DNA from: the human T2T-CHM13v2.0 reference genome, Homo sapiens
Assembly (NCBI RefSeq): GCF_009914755.1
Contig: NC_060929.1
DNA length: 64,000 nt
Strand: one strand, 5' to 3'
Shown: positions 1 to 15,750 of the stretch, piece by piece
How the letters are laid out: every line of letters begins with the position of its first letter
Position numbering within the stretch: the first letter of the stretch is position 1
The notes under the pieces: generated by a model
Database searches by the model: none
Seen by the model: only the letters and a program-made list of their open reading frames with translations
Told to the model about the DNA's origin: nothing
Translations under genes and position numbers: made by a program

Positions 1-864
1 CTGTTTTGCTCTGGGTCAAAATTCTGAGGTCTGGTTTACTTTCCAAATATTATAGCCCTAAGGGCAAAATCTCCATTTGGCAACAGTAAATATTCTTCCT
101 TCTTAAGGAGAAAAAAATAACAAAAATTAACAACAAAAATTCATACAAGAGGTAACATGGTCAATACAGTTAGTAAAAGATAAAAAATAAAGAAGTGTTT
201 TGCTCACGTGTCTAGTTCTTTTTGTTTGTTTTTTCTTAAAAATGCAGGCTGATTTAGTTTTCTGAAAGCTTCTTCATAAGTTCAAAGTTAATAAGGTTAT
301 TCTGAGGACCATCTACTGCTCTATCCTTTTCCTTTCTAGGAATCTGCATTTGTATTTTTTTCATTCATTTATTCATTCTTTTTAAGACTTATTAGTGTCA
401 TTCCTAAAACTTTATCTATCTTCCAGGTCTCTGGAAAAACAACAAAGATTTGTTTTGTAGATAAGTTTTAGACAGTGATATCCGCTATATTGGCCTTATG
501 ATAGTACACTCTTATGTTGTGAATATAAATGACCCCTTGACATATAAACTTTGCCATATTTACAAGGTTTTTAAATAGTTTTTCATGGAGGCCTTTGGAG
601 GTATGTCAGAAGCTGGCAAAGGTCCAAAGACAGGGTAAAGGGCAGGCAAGAGGCTTTTTAAACCAGAGCATTTCCATTTTTTTCAAACGTATATATATTA
701 GAATTCTATAGACTTCATTTAAAGAAAGGGTTTATGGATCAAAAAGTTGATGATTAACCTAGATTAAGAAGGTGAATCTTTAGAAATCAAATATATTTTG
801 CCCCATTTTATCACTTTCTCTTGTCTGTGATCATTCTTATTTGTGCTTAGAAGTAATTATATTT

Positions 865-1155
<291 letters not shown>

Positions 1156-2119
1156 CACAAATTACATTTCCTCTCTATTTGCTTATTGAAATTTAAATTC
1201 AATACCATTAGCTTTAAAATTGTCTGAGAGTATTTCTAGTTATCCCTCAAATTGTAATTTCCAAGAAATTTATCATCTCTATCATATATACGCACATATA
1301 TGCTATAAGATATGACATTTGATGGCCCTGCTTTAAGCACAAATGATCAGTATTAAATACGTATTTACAATATAATTTACTGGTGGAGCTGAGCTATGTG
1401 TTCTCAGATAGCCACTACTAGTGGTTTACTGTGGACCATGAACTTGATCATGAGAATAATAATAAATCAATGGCAAATAAAGAAACAGATTCTCCCTGTG
1501 ACTCTCCCTCTTTATGGTTGTGTATTTCTTCTAAGTAGAGACTGAGGTAAATTGACAAGAATTATTGGTTCCAAAGTAAATATGGATTGTTGTTTCAAGA
1601 ATGCAATTCCTAATATTTTCTATTACTTTAGTGAAAAAAAATAGAAGGAATTTTTGGTAGTGCATGAATTTCTTTGTATTTTTATTGGCTACTTACAATA
1701 TCTTAAAAAAAAAGATTCTAAATCCTTTTTCAATTACCCTATCAGTTCATATATTTAGCATAATTTACCAACATTTCCAAACTTAGCATGGAAAAGCCAT
1801 CAACATGGCACTAGGTCATGGGTCCTGAATGAAGCCGTCAGCAAGGATTAATAAACTGTGACAGCTGCCCAAAAGCTTTCATTCTTTTTTACTTAAACAT
1901 CAGATTGCAAGCTGAAACTCAGCATAATCCTTGTTGAAACTAGCCCAGCTAACATGGAAGAAGTCAGAACTGAGAACAGATGACAGTAATAGTTATTGCA
2001 AATTCAGTCTATAGAAATAAATTCTAGAATTTAAATTTACATAAATAGCAATTCCTATAAAATTTTAAGAGTAGTACACAAACTGCTACTATCTGTTTCA
2101 ACAATTGTTGTTGTTTTTC

Positions 2120-2245
2120 CTTTTTTTAGAGACAGAGTCTCTCACTTTGTTGCATAGGATGGACTCGAATTTCTAGGCTTGAGTGATCCTCCCACTCGAG
2201 CTTCCCACTTAGCTGGGACTACAGGGGCGGGCCACTGTGCCAAGC
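2120..2245 (-). mobile_element. Free left Alu monomer (FLAM-like)
   Basis: tttttagagacagagtct...gctgggactacagg...; single monomer. Confidence 0.75.
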
Positions 2246-2357
2246 ATGTTTAAATAAGTCTTAATAATTATATTTTTGAAAGCTAGATTGATGAATCTAA
2301 AATTATTTGCTCTAATTTCTATGTTCAATAAATTATTTAATTATTATTTTTCTACTA

Positions 2358-2700
<343 letters not shown>

Positions 2701-3036
2701 AGTGACTTTAGTAATACTATAGTTATAAAGTCTACTTCTGGGTTGCATAATTTTCCGGGGAATTATTTACCAGAAAAACTAGACTATGTTATATGAGTAA
2801 ACAGACTACATTACATAACAAAAAGATTGTTGTTGCATTACTTTTGGTACAAATATAACATACATATACCAAAATAAAGGTGAAACTGACCTAAAATAGA
2901 CTTACCAACTGTAATTTCCTAAATAATGCATATTTGCAGCTACCAAGGTATGACAATTAACCTATTGTTCTAGGAATTAATTATTTTCAAGTAGATTTTA
3001 AATGAATATATAAGACTTCCTGGTGGTTGAATATCA

Positions 3037-3204
<168 letters not shown>

Positions 3205-4385
3205 CTAGGAAAGAAGGCAAAAGCAAGTTGATCAGAAATAGAGTCATGTCCAATTCTTCCATAAAATACACTTACAGTCACTCTGCATTACTTTCAAGAG
3301 ACCCTGGGTACCTTTTGCTGCTGAAGCATCGCAGTTGAGGATTTTGGAGGAGGTTTTTATGAAACATCTTGCAGTATCATTTAACTATTTGTCTTTGCAA
3401 TTCTTATTTTAGCAGATAAAGTATATCTTAGCTTTTAATATTAGTTAGGATCTTTTTACAATAGTGTATAGAAATTTCATTAATATAGATGAATAGGGAG
3501 AAAAAAATGACTATGTAGAAAGGAAATATATGTTTATTACACTCAAGAATATACAATAATACAAACTTACCAATTACTAATAAAGAGATGCCAGGAAAAT
3601 GACTTCTTAGATCTACCATAATATTCAAATGAAGACAATTTTAAAACAGGAAAATAGACCATGGAATGGATAAGAATTTAATGTATGAATTTTTTAAATT
3701 TTGAAGTATATTTTGGAGTAATTTTTAACATTCATATACGCCTAGGCACAATCTAACAACGTTATTTTCAGTACATCAATTTAGCCTACCTCCATGAAAG
3801 GAAACTTGGTTTTGAACAAATGCTGCTGTTTATAGAATGCTTTGGGTATGTTGTGTGGAGTTGTCTCCTTTCCTATGATTTTCCATTATCCTACCTCAGC
3901 ATAGGAAAATTACAACACTTATTCTAATATTGACAATATAAAATACTTTTTTGTTAATACTATATTAACATATCAGATTTTAAAATAAGCCGTTCAATAT
4001 TATTCCTACATAAAGGGTTTCAACCGCCCCCAAAAAGCTTCCTTTTGAAGAAAATAGTCAAATTTTCAGTTTATTTTTATATATAATCACCAACTAGCAT
4101 CATTACCAATGTTACAAGTTTTTAACTTAAGCTAGAACTTAGTATAATATATATTTATAATAAAAATGATTATCTGAAATGCAAAAGTAAACTAACATCA
4201 CATTTAATCCTTTTGCTTTTATTCCTCAACTGATCTTTTAACTCCCAAAACATAAGAACTCACATTACAAACACAATCAGAATTAAGGCAATGAAATATC
4301 GATGTCACTGGTTAACTGGTCCTACAAATGGAAGTGCCCCACAGAGTATAAAAAATTGAGGGGATCTCTTTGGGTTCCTCTTTAG

Positions 4386-4741
<356 letters not shown>

Positions 4742-4829
4742 TATTAGGCTTTTAAATACCTAAAAATGTTTAAACTCCATTTGGAGAACTAGTGGCCTAG
4801 AGAGACAAAATATTAGAAAAGAAGAGCAT

Positions 4830-4998
4830 GGGCCAGGCGCAGTGGCTGATGCCTGTAATCCCACAGTTTAGGAGGTCGAGGTGGGAAGATCGCTTGAGCC
4901 CAAGAGTTAGAAGTTGCAGTGAACTGCACCATTGCACTCCAGCCTGGATGACAGAATGAGGCTCTGTGTCAAAAAAAAAAAAAAAAAAAAAAAAAAAA
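4830..4998 (+). mobile_element. Monomeric Alu (FRAM-like or left/right-arm recombinant)
   Basis: ggccaggcgcagtggct...ttgcactccagcctgg followed by a long A tail; about 140-nt body. Confidence 0.8.
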
Positions 4999-5109
4999 GG
5001 AAAGAAAGAGAGAGAGAGGTAGGGAGGGAGGGAAAGGAAGGAAGGAAGTTAGGAGGGAAGGGATGGAAAGAAAGAGAGAGAGACAGAGAGAAATGAAGAA
5101 AGAAAGAAG

Positions 5110-5168
<59 letters not shown>

Positions 5169-5230
5169 AAAGAAAGAAAGAAAGAAAAGAAAAAAGAAAG
5201 AGAAAGAAAGAAAGAAAGAGAAAGAAAGGG
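4999..5230 (+). repeat. Polypurine (GAAA)n/(GA)n/(GGAA)n microsatellite grown from the Alu tail
   Basis: About 230 nt of nearly pure A/G. Confidence 0.95.
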
Positions 5231-5378
5231 ATCATGTACTGTGGATCATAACATAAACATAAAACGTTCTCATGTTTACGATCCAATATTACAAATTCAC
5301 TTTTCTTTCAAAGCTTTAGTTTATGTTTTAAGAGGTTATTTATACTACTTTACTCTTTTTCTATAGAAGAAGGTTTTT

Positions 5379-5464
5379 AAACCTGCAGGTTCTGCACATG
5401 TATCCCAGAACTTAAAGTAAAATAAAAACAAATAAATAAGTAAAATAAAAATAAAATAAATAAA
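5379..5464 (+). mobile_element. Extremely 5'-truncated L1PA 3' end
   Basis: aaacctgcaggttctgcacatgtatcccagaacttaaagtaaaa plus A-rich tail; TSD aagaaggttttt/aagatggttttt. Confidence 0.85.
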
Positions 5465-7199
5465 AAGATGGTTTTTTAGTTTATATTCCTTAATATATTC
5501 TTGTAGTTTAATATTTAAAAAGCAGTAAGAGTAACATTTAAGGGCTTTGAAATATTGCTCCATGTATCAAAAATCTATCCAAATTCAAGGAAAAATGTGT
5601 TCATAAAAACAGAGGACCATTAATAGAGATTAATATAAAGATTATGAAAAATTTTCATCCATAGTCCTGGATGATACTCCTGATCTTTTGTGATCTTTAT
5701 TAGGTTGCATTCTTACTTTAGACAAAGGTAAAAGAAGCCTAAAGTTTACTTTAGACAAAACTAAGCGATGAAAGTTCTATTATTGAAAAAGACGATACTT
5801 ATTGCATCTATCAGGAAAACACACTATTTAGTCAGGTTACAGAAACTTTATTTTCCAAAAGTGCCTTGAAAATCTCTACCCAAAGTAGCAGGTGCTTAAG
5901 ATACTTTTTTCAAAACCTTAATCTGAAGATTCACAATAGAGCCCTCTTACCTTTTAGAGAATGATGCATTTTGAAAACTAGATCTCCACTTCTAATGCAT
6001 TTTGTTACCTTGGTGGGCTCCTGGGGATTCAAATTTTGTTACCATATTAACTTCTCTTTTACAGTAAAATCACTGTTTAAAGTATGGGAGTGGAATTCTA
6101 TGTTGAGGAACACTCCCAAAATGTAGAACTAGTCATGGAGAAGGCTCTGAAGAGTTTTCAGATAGATCTTGCAATTTGAATCTCAACTTGAATAAGAAAG
6201 ATACTGGTATCCAATTTCGGAATGTTTCCCAAGACTTTTTTTTCTTTTAAAGGATACTCTCTTGAAAGATAAAAAGAAAATTTCATTTCATACCAAGTAA
6301 ACAAGAAGTAGACTTCCTAAATGAACTTGAGATCAATTCCACACTTTCAGAAATACACTTCTTTCTCTAAACTGCTAAATCCTAGAACATGGATGATATA
6401 TTTGCATAGGTATGTCAGTTTCATTTGCACATGCATATTAGTTGCTGAATAAGCAGCCTAACATAGGTTCCAGGCTCTAATAAAGTTAAATGGATGCTGA
6501 AATTGTTTGCCTCTTGGGGAATTTGCATGGCAACCATCATAGTAGGCAGATTTCCCTAAATAAAATATAGGAGGTGCTGAAGTATAGTGAGAAAGAATGA
6601 TTTTCTTTTTTTCTTTTTACTATCCACCAGCTTAGCTCTAGCTCTCTTTCACATACTCATGAATCCTGATAGAAGTTAAGATTTATTAAGATTAGTTTCA
6701 TAACCTCTGTGAATTAATAAATCAGCACCTGTGTGTTAGAATCCCCTTGATAATCCTAAATTTTGTTTTGGGAAGGCTCTGTAAGGGAAATTTGGGTCTT
6801 TGTGCTTGCTCTTGAGTTTAAGGAAGGAGAGAGAAGTTATCCACAGTCCCCACTAAAGGACATTTCTGTTATATGACACTGTAAATTTGAATTGGAATCT
6901 CTAATGTTATGGGGTCAACTTCCAATCAGTTAGGAGGAATGCCTGGCAATACAAAAGTAATAGCTTTTTCCCAACTCATTCTAGAATATTTATCAAGAAT
7001 CTGCTATGCACCAGGCATTATGTTGGTTTTATAAAAAAATAATAATCACTTAGAATTCATGGGCACTTCAGAGGAAAATGTAGGTTATAGTCAGACATGT
7101 AGCCCAAATGGCATGGATTGGTATTGCTCTATGATAAAGTTTTTAATGTTCTTTGACAAAATTAGAAGGATGATGTCAATGTGAACAGGTGCTTGCTTT

Positions 7200-7310
7200 A
7201 TTTCGTTTTGAGGTCTCACTGCAACCTTGAACTCCTGGGCTCAAGAGATCCTCCTGCCTCGGCCTTCCAAAGTGTTGGGATTACAGGTGTTAGCCACCAT
7301 ACCAAGACTG
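7200..7310 (-). mobile_element. Alu/FLAM fragment
   Basis: gaactcctgggctcaagagatcctcctgcctcggccttccaaagtgttgggattacagg. Confidence 0.8.
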
Positions 7311-7581
7311 GACAGTTTTTTTTTTTTCCATAAAACTAATGCTTTTTATTTTAATGGACTGTCCTTATTTGTTAAGTTGTAATTTTTTACTTTATTGGTG
7401 TTACAGTAGACTGTAAAATTCCCAAGGGCAGGGTCTGTATGCTTATGGCACGCTTTGCAAAATGTTCCTTTCTGGCAAAATTAAGAATTGAAATCTCTAT
7501 CCTTGTCTGCTAGTTTTTAGAAGGGAATTTTCCTTGCCTACAAAAGTCTAAAAGTTTCTGAATGACCCGCTGCCCAAGACT

Positions 7582-8353
7582 TTTTTTTAAATTTTTTATT
7601 TCAATAACGTTTGGGGTACAAGTGGTTTTTTGTTACATGGATGAATTATACCGTGGTGAATTTTGAGATTTTAGTGCACCTCTCACCTGAGTAGTGTACA
7701 CTGTAACTAATATGTAGTTTACCTCTAGACCCCTCCCACCCTCCCCCTTGAGTCTCTAAAGTCCATTATATCACTCTGTATGCCTCGGTATACTCATAGC
7801 TTAGCTCCCACTTATAAGTGAGAACATACAATGTTTGGTTTTCCACTCTTGTGTTACTTCACTTAGAATAATGGCCTCCAGCTCCATTCAAGCTGCTGCA
7901 AGACATACTTTGATCCCTTTATGGCTGAGTAGTATTCCACAAGGTGTATATACCAGTTTCTTTGTTCACTCATTAGTCGATGGGCACTTAGATTGGTTCC
8001 ACATCTTTGCAATTGTGAATTGTGCTGCTATAAATATACATATACGTGTGCAAGAGTCTTTTCCATATAATGACTTCTTTTCCTTTGGGTAGATACCCAG
8101 TAGTGGGATTGCTAGATCAAAAGGCAGACCTACTTTTAACTCTTTAAGGAATCTCCTTTATGCTTTCCATTGAGGTACTAATTTACATGTCCATCAGCAA
8201 TGTGTAAGTGTTCCCTTTCCCTCACATCCATGACAACATCTATTGTTTTTTGACTTTTTAATAATGTCAATTCTTGCAGGAGTAAGGTGGTATCTCACTG
8301 TGGTTTTAATTTGCATTTCCCTGATGATTAGTGATGTTGAGCATTTTTTCCAT
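7582..8353 (-). mobile_element. 5'-truncated L1 (L1PB-like) 3' end
   Basis: Reverse L1 3'UTR and ORF2 end (ttagctcccacttataagtgagaacat; tagatacccagtagtgggattgct); TSD tgcccaagactt at about 7571 and 8354. Confidence 0.9.
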
Positions 8354-8695
8354 TGCCCAAGACTTGATAGTCAATGTTTGTTTAGTTGTATCTGTGTTTA
8401 CCAGTGCTTTTAATGCCAATTTCTTCTTATATCTTACCACTATCTTCTGAATCCAATTTCTTTCTTTTTGACATACATCCATTAGCAGTTAATTTAGCAA
8501 GGGACACTTTTTCATATTTTTCTGAAAATATCTTAATTGTATTCTCATTTTTTAATGATATTTAAATTGAATATACTAGGCTGACATTTATCTTACCTTA
8601 GCATTTGAAGGTGTTAAAATTCATCGTCATTTGACTTCTGTGGAGGCTGATGAAAAGTCACTTGTCAGTCTAACTGCTGTTTCTTCTTTACAGTC

Positions 8696-9001
<306 letters not shown>

Positions 9002-9065
9002 TAGTCTTTCTTGTTGCTTCCAATTTTTTTCTCTATCTGCTTTGGGACAATTTCATCACTGTATC

Positions 9066-9370
<305 letters not shown>

Positions 9371-10809
9371 TCATTACTATATCTAAGTGTTCTTTTTATT
9401 TATCTACTTGAGATTCATGCTCTGATTTCTATGTCTTTCTTTGATTCTAAAAAACTATTAGTTATTATCTCTTTTAATGTGTATCTTTCCTATTCTTTCT
9501 TCTAAAGCTCCTATTTAACTTAAGTTAGACCTTCTCATTTCAACCACCTATTTCTTAACCTCTCTTAGATATTTCCCTATCTTTTTCTCTTGGATCATTA
9601 ATCTTCCTATCTGTCAACTTCATGGTGGATTGTTTCCTCGTGTTGTTTGTTATTTTGTATTCAAGCTTATCTTCAGTGAATATTATTTTTTCTTTGCGTA
9701 TTCTGTGCCTCTTGAATTGTAGAAGTGCACCTTCATTTATTTCTATCACACATCCCAAGGTTTTCACTGAACCAATTTGTCATGTTGATTTATTTGGTCA
9801 GCACCATGTAGGCTGTATATGGTTTTACTTTGTTCTTATGTGAGGCACAAGCCTGGGGCTTCAGTTTCTTATGGGAGCCATTTTTTGCCTCATTAAAGCA
9901 TTTGCACAGTTAAATCTCTGCTGGCATTTGTTCCCAGCATCCCAATCAGCTGATCCTTTGCAGCCTTAATCTCTGTGGTTTGTAATGCTTCCTTCTTAGA
10001 GACATTGGCTTTTGAGGACATTTGCCTCCAATAGAAACCTCTTTCATAAAAATTAAGAATTGGATCCAGACTTTAGCTTTATCAATCAACTTTTAAACTA
10101 TAACACAAATGATACAAAAGATGTGTATCTTCACAGCTTCATCATCTGCCCTCATGGCTGCAATAAAGAGCTTAGTGTTTTGGAAATAAAGCCACTAAGC
10201 CAACCACCATGTTGAATTATAAAAAGACCTTTCTTTAGGCCTTTCTAAGAGTCTTTAATGCTATAGACTATATCTTTAAATATGAGAAAGCTTGCCCGAT
10301 AGCTTCAAATCATTAATATACTAGGAAACATTCACACATGAAAAAAACAAGGCTTGTGCATTATACTGGCATCATTCCTCAACTGTTCCTATGTCCTTTC
10401 TGATCACATAAGTACATGTTGTAGCTAAATGAACTAAATTTAGTTGAGTTTATTAGTTTTATTTTATCTAGCATTCTTGTTTTCATACCTGAAGGAATGA
10501 TTGTGTTTACTATTTGTCCTGTTGTTGAAACTGGAACTATTTTCCTAGAGTTTAGAAAGTCAATTTTATAAATGACTGGGGAAAAAATATGCAGGACAAC
10601 CTAGAGGAGAAGTCAGTTCAATCAATGCGTAAAAGCAGATTTCAGTTCTATATACAGAAGAATCTTCCAAAAGTCAGAGTGAACCATGATGAACTAAAAC
10701 TGAATCCCCATCACTGTAGATACTTCAGCACATATTTCATGATCACTTAGGGATCATGTAGGGATGTTGTAGGCAGGAATAAAAGAAAGGAACTAATTTT
10801 TTTTCAGGG

Positions 10810-11000
10810 TATACTATCAACAACTATGCCAGGCATATTCATATTTGTATCTCATTTATTCATCATGGTAATCTCTTTAGAAAATGTGAGAAACTTTAGG
10901 TTCAGAATAATTTAGCAATTTGTTTCAGTTCTAACTAGATGTAGATTTGAATCAGCTCTGTTCGATATCAATGTCCCAGATAATCACCACACACCTAAGC
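10810..11000 (-). mobile_element. MIR remnant
   Basis: tgccaggcat...ctcatttattc...gagaaactttaggttcaga...gatttgaatcag resembles the MIR core. Confidence 0.5.
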
Positions 11001-11846
11001 TACTTTCCCATTTCTCTTAAATGTATCAGAACTGAAAAATGTCACTGGCCAATTAAGGCTGATTAGTAATGGTTTACTTTTGTATTCCAATAAAATATAA
11101 AACCTCACTAAACTTAATACCCTCCTATTTTTTACTTTGATTTTAACGGACAATATCTCCAAATTATAACTATTATATACTAATTTATAACATCTTCACT
11201 CAATATATGAGTTTAGGAATCAACTTATGCATTATTATTACTGAACTTCCAAATGTAATATCAACACTTGGGTGTGGATTTTAAAAAGATACTGTTAACA
11301 TATTTCACAAAAGTGTTTCAAGGTCTTCCAAGAAACAAGACATTTAAAAATACTCCTACTTATTTAAAATTTTAGTATCAATTCACAGATTTTTGGTTTA
11401 CATGAGTTTTGAAATGAACAACACTATTTGTAAATATTAACAATAATTTAAAATATTAACAAATATAAGTGGGTAATAAAAATATATTTAGAAAACAGTT
11501 TTATGGTAATCATCTAATGTAAAATAACTTACCTAATATGCAGAAAATAACCTTGTAAAGAACTAAAATAGGGCTTTTTTGATCAGAATGGAATGATTGT
11601 TTCACAGAGTATAATTTCTAAAAATTGTTAGAATTACCTTTTCTAATGTTTTCATTATTTTTAAGAAACTATATACGTTAAACCAGACTAAAAAATGGGA
11701 AGAGAAACTCTTCTATTTACCGAGGAAAATTAAAATTAGCAGCTTACACAAGGGGAGGAGGTGACATCATGAAAGAATAAAATCATTTTACAATTATTAT
11801 ATCATTAAGGAAAGCAGTATGTGAAGAGAAAATGGTGTCTTTATTG

Positions 11847-12665
11847 TGTCGGCAAAAAAGTGTCAAACTCTGTAAAATATTTGAAGAGATTTATTCTAGG
11901 TCAAATATGAGTCATCAATGGCCCATGACATGGCCCCAGGAGATCCTAAGAACATATGCCCAAGGTGGTCAGGCTACAGCTTGGTTTTATACATTTTAAG
12001 GGGTGGGGAGTTCCAGGTCATAGATGGAGTAGAAGATTTTCTGATTGGCAGTTGGTTGAAAGAGTTATTATCTAAAGACCTGGAATCAATAGAAGAGAAT
12101 GTCTGGGTTAGGATAAGGAATTGTGAAAATCAAGGTTCTTATTATGCAGATGAAGCCTCCAGGTAGCAGGCTTCCCAGAGAGAATAGTTTGTAAATGTTT
12201 CTTATTAGACTTAAAAAGGTGCCAGACTCCCAGTTAATTCTCTGCTGGATCAGGGAAAAGACCTGGAAAGGGAAGGGGATTCTCAGCAGAATGTGTCTTC
12301 TCCCTACAAGAGACAGCTCTACAGGGCCGCTTCAACATATGCCAAATAAATAGATTTTAGGGTAAAATTTTTCCATTTCTTTCGGGGCCTGCTATCCGTC
12401 ATGTGATGCTATACGAGAGTCAGGTTGGAATTTGGTATCTTATTGCTACAAAGAGTCTGTTTCATCAATCTTAAGATCTCTGTTTTAATGATAATGTTGG
12501 TCAGCTGTACCTTCCAAAGAGAGGACGGTATAATGAGGTATGTCTGACCCCACCTTCCCATCGTGGCCTCAACTAGATTTTCAGGTTTACTTTGGAATAA
12601 CCTTGGCCAAGAAGGAAGGTGGGGTCTAACGGTTGAGGAGCTTAGGATTTTATTGTTGGTTTACA
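11847..12665 (-). mobile_element. Solo ERV1 LTR, MER4 family
   Basis: Minus strand begins TGTAAACCAACAATAAAATCCTAAGC...GGCCAAGG...CCAAAGTAAACCTGAAAATCTAGTT and ends with AATAAATCTCTTCAAATATTTTACAGAGTTTGAC, both typical of MER4. Confidence 0.85.
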
Positions 12666-15134
12666 GCTGCTGGCTGGCTTTAAAATTTTTTTAAAATGAA
12701 GTTTAAAGACTAAAAAAGAGACATGCGCACACTTTTGGCCCTTGGGAAACTCTAAATTCTAGGCATGTTGGGTCCTTGATTCTAAATATGAAACATCCTC
12801 TTTGTCCACATTAGCCTATCAGTAACACCTCTCAACAGCTGCTTGCAATAAAGGATCCTGAAGGTAAAGAGGGAGAGCAGAGCCCTAAAGGTCAGGAAGG
12901 GGCATCAGTGCTTAGAAAGGTTACTTATCATTTGATCACACAAAGGAAAATTGAAAACCAACATATGGTGACCTTATGGCCTAGTTTCAGGTGTTTAGTA
13001 GCCATCTGAAGAAAGAGGATAATGTACCCTTATTTTTGCCTTAAATAGTTTAATCCTGTTATGTTACGGGTAATGGGAAATTTAAGTACAACAGATCCTA
13101 GAATGGCAAAAAACCAAAAACTAAACTAAAAAAACCCTTAATCCACAAATCCCATTTATATAACTAATCACCAACTTAAAAGTATTCAAAACTGACTAAA
13201 TGGTTAAAAAAAAGAAAAGAAAAGAAAAAACCTCTAAGAAGCAAATGCAGGGTAAAAACTAGTAATCTTTAAAGATACAAGTGATCATGGACTTATGATT
13301 TTAGCTTAGAATTTAAGAAAAAAATCAAATAAACTTCTTGTCAAGTATATGCCTGATAAATATATGTTTGGATTTCAAAAGAATATTGAGGTGCTAAAAT
13401 AATTACACACCTTTTATTCCCTAAACCTGTATAAAACAACACTGTAGAATATTTATACCACCTTAAAATCTTCAAGGAAAGTGTGATTCTATAATCTTTC
13501 TCAGTTTAACATTCCAATATTTAATAACTTGAAATTCTTCCTAATACCTAATCTACAACCTTCCAGCTGTAAAAATTAAGACAACTGTGGGATATTTTAT
13601 GCTCTTGGTAGGGAAGCAGAACAATTTGTTACCAGCAATCAAACTGTAATAAGTGTTCCAAAACCAGAAAATGGTTTTTGAGGCCAACATTTAGCTTTCT
13701 TTTTTACAGGCTACTCAAACTCATTTTCTCATTCCCTTATATGTACTTCTCAGTATTTCCCTGCTATCCTCTCCCAAGTTGTCTGTATCTCTTAAAAAAG
13801 TTGTATAGGTGGCCAGTGATATCCCCAAAAGACTCGTACAACTAACATACAATTATATGAAAGAATGATTCTCAATAACAATGCAATAATAACTGAATCT
13901 TTTTTAATTGGTGGTGATAAAATAATAAAATAAACAAAAGGGAATAAGCATGAGTCTGAGAGACAAAGCATGTCAGTTTTTATTAAATACTCTCCAGGGA
14001 AAGGATACCTTGATCAGAGAACTCAACTATCTTGTCTCTAGCAGTTACCCTGACATCAAAGAGCTATATTCAGGTAGGCACAGCTTGATGGCATTATTAT
14101 TATAGTTATTAATTAATATATTAAGAAAATAATCTATGCACTACCCCATATTTTTATTCAAGGCTTACTGAATAATTTTTCAATAATAAATTGGCCTACT
14201 GGGTAGGTTTGTTTCAGTGAGAAAATATGCAGATTTCAATGGAATTGAATGAATATAAACTATGTGGCTAGATTTCTTACTATAAATTAATAAATCCAAA
14301 TTTATATCTATATTTACTCTCTTGATCTTCATTTCTAATATTAAATCCTAAAAGTCTCTTATCACTTAAAGTTTGGAACAAATATGGCACTCAACCACTT
14401 GTAGATTATTCTATCATTAATCATCTAATTGAGGTAAGTAGAAGAGAAAACTTTCAAGTTTGGTGATCTGTAAGTAAAATATAACAATGGTCACAAATGT
14501 ATTTCCACTGGAAAGAGTAAAAATTAATGTGAAGTCTTAAAGTTATGTCATATTCTCCTTTTATAAGTTATGTTTCCACTACAACACACTGGGATTCTGC
14601 AATCTTAAATCAAAATTATGGAGCCCACACACCTTTACACACAAACACCTCCATTCATCTCATTTCAGAGTTATAAGCACCCTCTAGTATAAAAAGAATA
14701 AATTCTATATTTACCTATAAAAGTAAGGACATTGCTACACTGGAGAATCATTAGTGGCAGAGCTGTTTTAGTACTCTGCGTAGGCTGTGTTTGGAGGGCA
14801 AGAGAAAAGGGAAAAGAGGACACCACAGATCACTTTATAAAAGCCTTTAATTTTCTAACATGGGTTTTCCAGATTACAGAATTACATTTGTTTCCTAAGA
14901 CATAATATGCCTTAGACATTATGTTATTTTCTGGCATCTTGCTGCTTTTAAGATAGAAACTTAACGTGGCCTATAAGGTGCAGTTACACTTGGCTTCTAC
15001 CTTTTTCTCCTGTTTCTTTTGTGTGGTGTTTATTTGAGAGCACTGGGCACAGTGGCTTTCTCTCACCTCTTCAAATACACAGGCTCTCGGTCTTCCCAAA
15101 GGTCCTCTCTCCACTCTCTTCACCAGATAACTCT

Positions 15135-15750
15135 TCTCACTCATCTATTTGTCAAATATTTATTGAGTTCCCATATGCCAGGCATTGAACTAGTCACTAC
15201 ACAAATAGCCATAAACAAGTCAGGTGGAATCCTTCCCCTCATGGCAGTTACACTCCCATTATAATTATCAGCTCATTCATTCAACAAATATTAATTGAGC
15301 ACCTACCATGAGCCAGGCACTGTTCTAGCCACTGGGGATACAGCTGTGAATCAGACAAAATATCTGCCCCCAAGGAAAATACTTTCTAGGGGGGAAAGTA
15401 GTAATAAGCAAGATAAACAAGTAAAATAGATAGTATGTCAGGAAATGATAAATGTTAAGGAAAATGATAGGAAGTGTGTGTGTATGTGTCTGTGTGTGCA
15501 CGTGGATGTACAATATTAAGTAATGTTGTTAGAAAAGGCCTCATTTACATGATCACACTTAATAAGTAACCAAATAAGCAACATGATTATGGATTTCTAA
15601 AAGTGCTATGAAAGTAATAAACAGTATAATGTGAAACAGAGTAACTGAGGAAAGCCTTTTTAATAGCGAATGATCAGACAGAAGGCCTGTCGGAAGAGAA
15701 ACTGGCATTTGAGCTGAGACTGAAGAGTGAAATTGAGTCAGTATGTGCGC
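15135..15750 (-). mobile_element. L2 3'-end fragments (two adjacent)
   Basis: tcattcattcaacaaatattaattgagcacctaccatgagccaggcactgttctag, the reverse complement of the L2 terminus; a second copy near 15140. Confidence 0.75.

Noticed and set aside
5713-5759. 14-bp direct repeat ttactttagacaaa with a short spacer, plus other small repeats near 23171 and 43091
   Set aside because: Only two copies each in AT-rich DNA; ordinary slippage, not an array.
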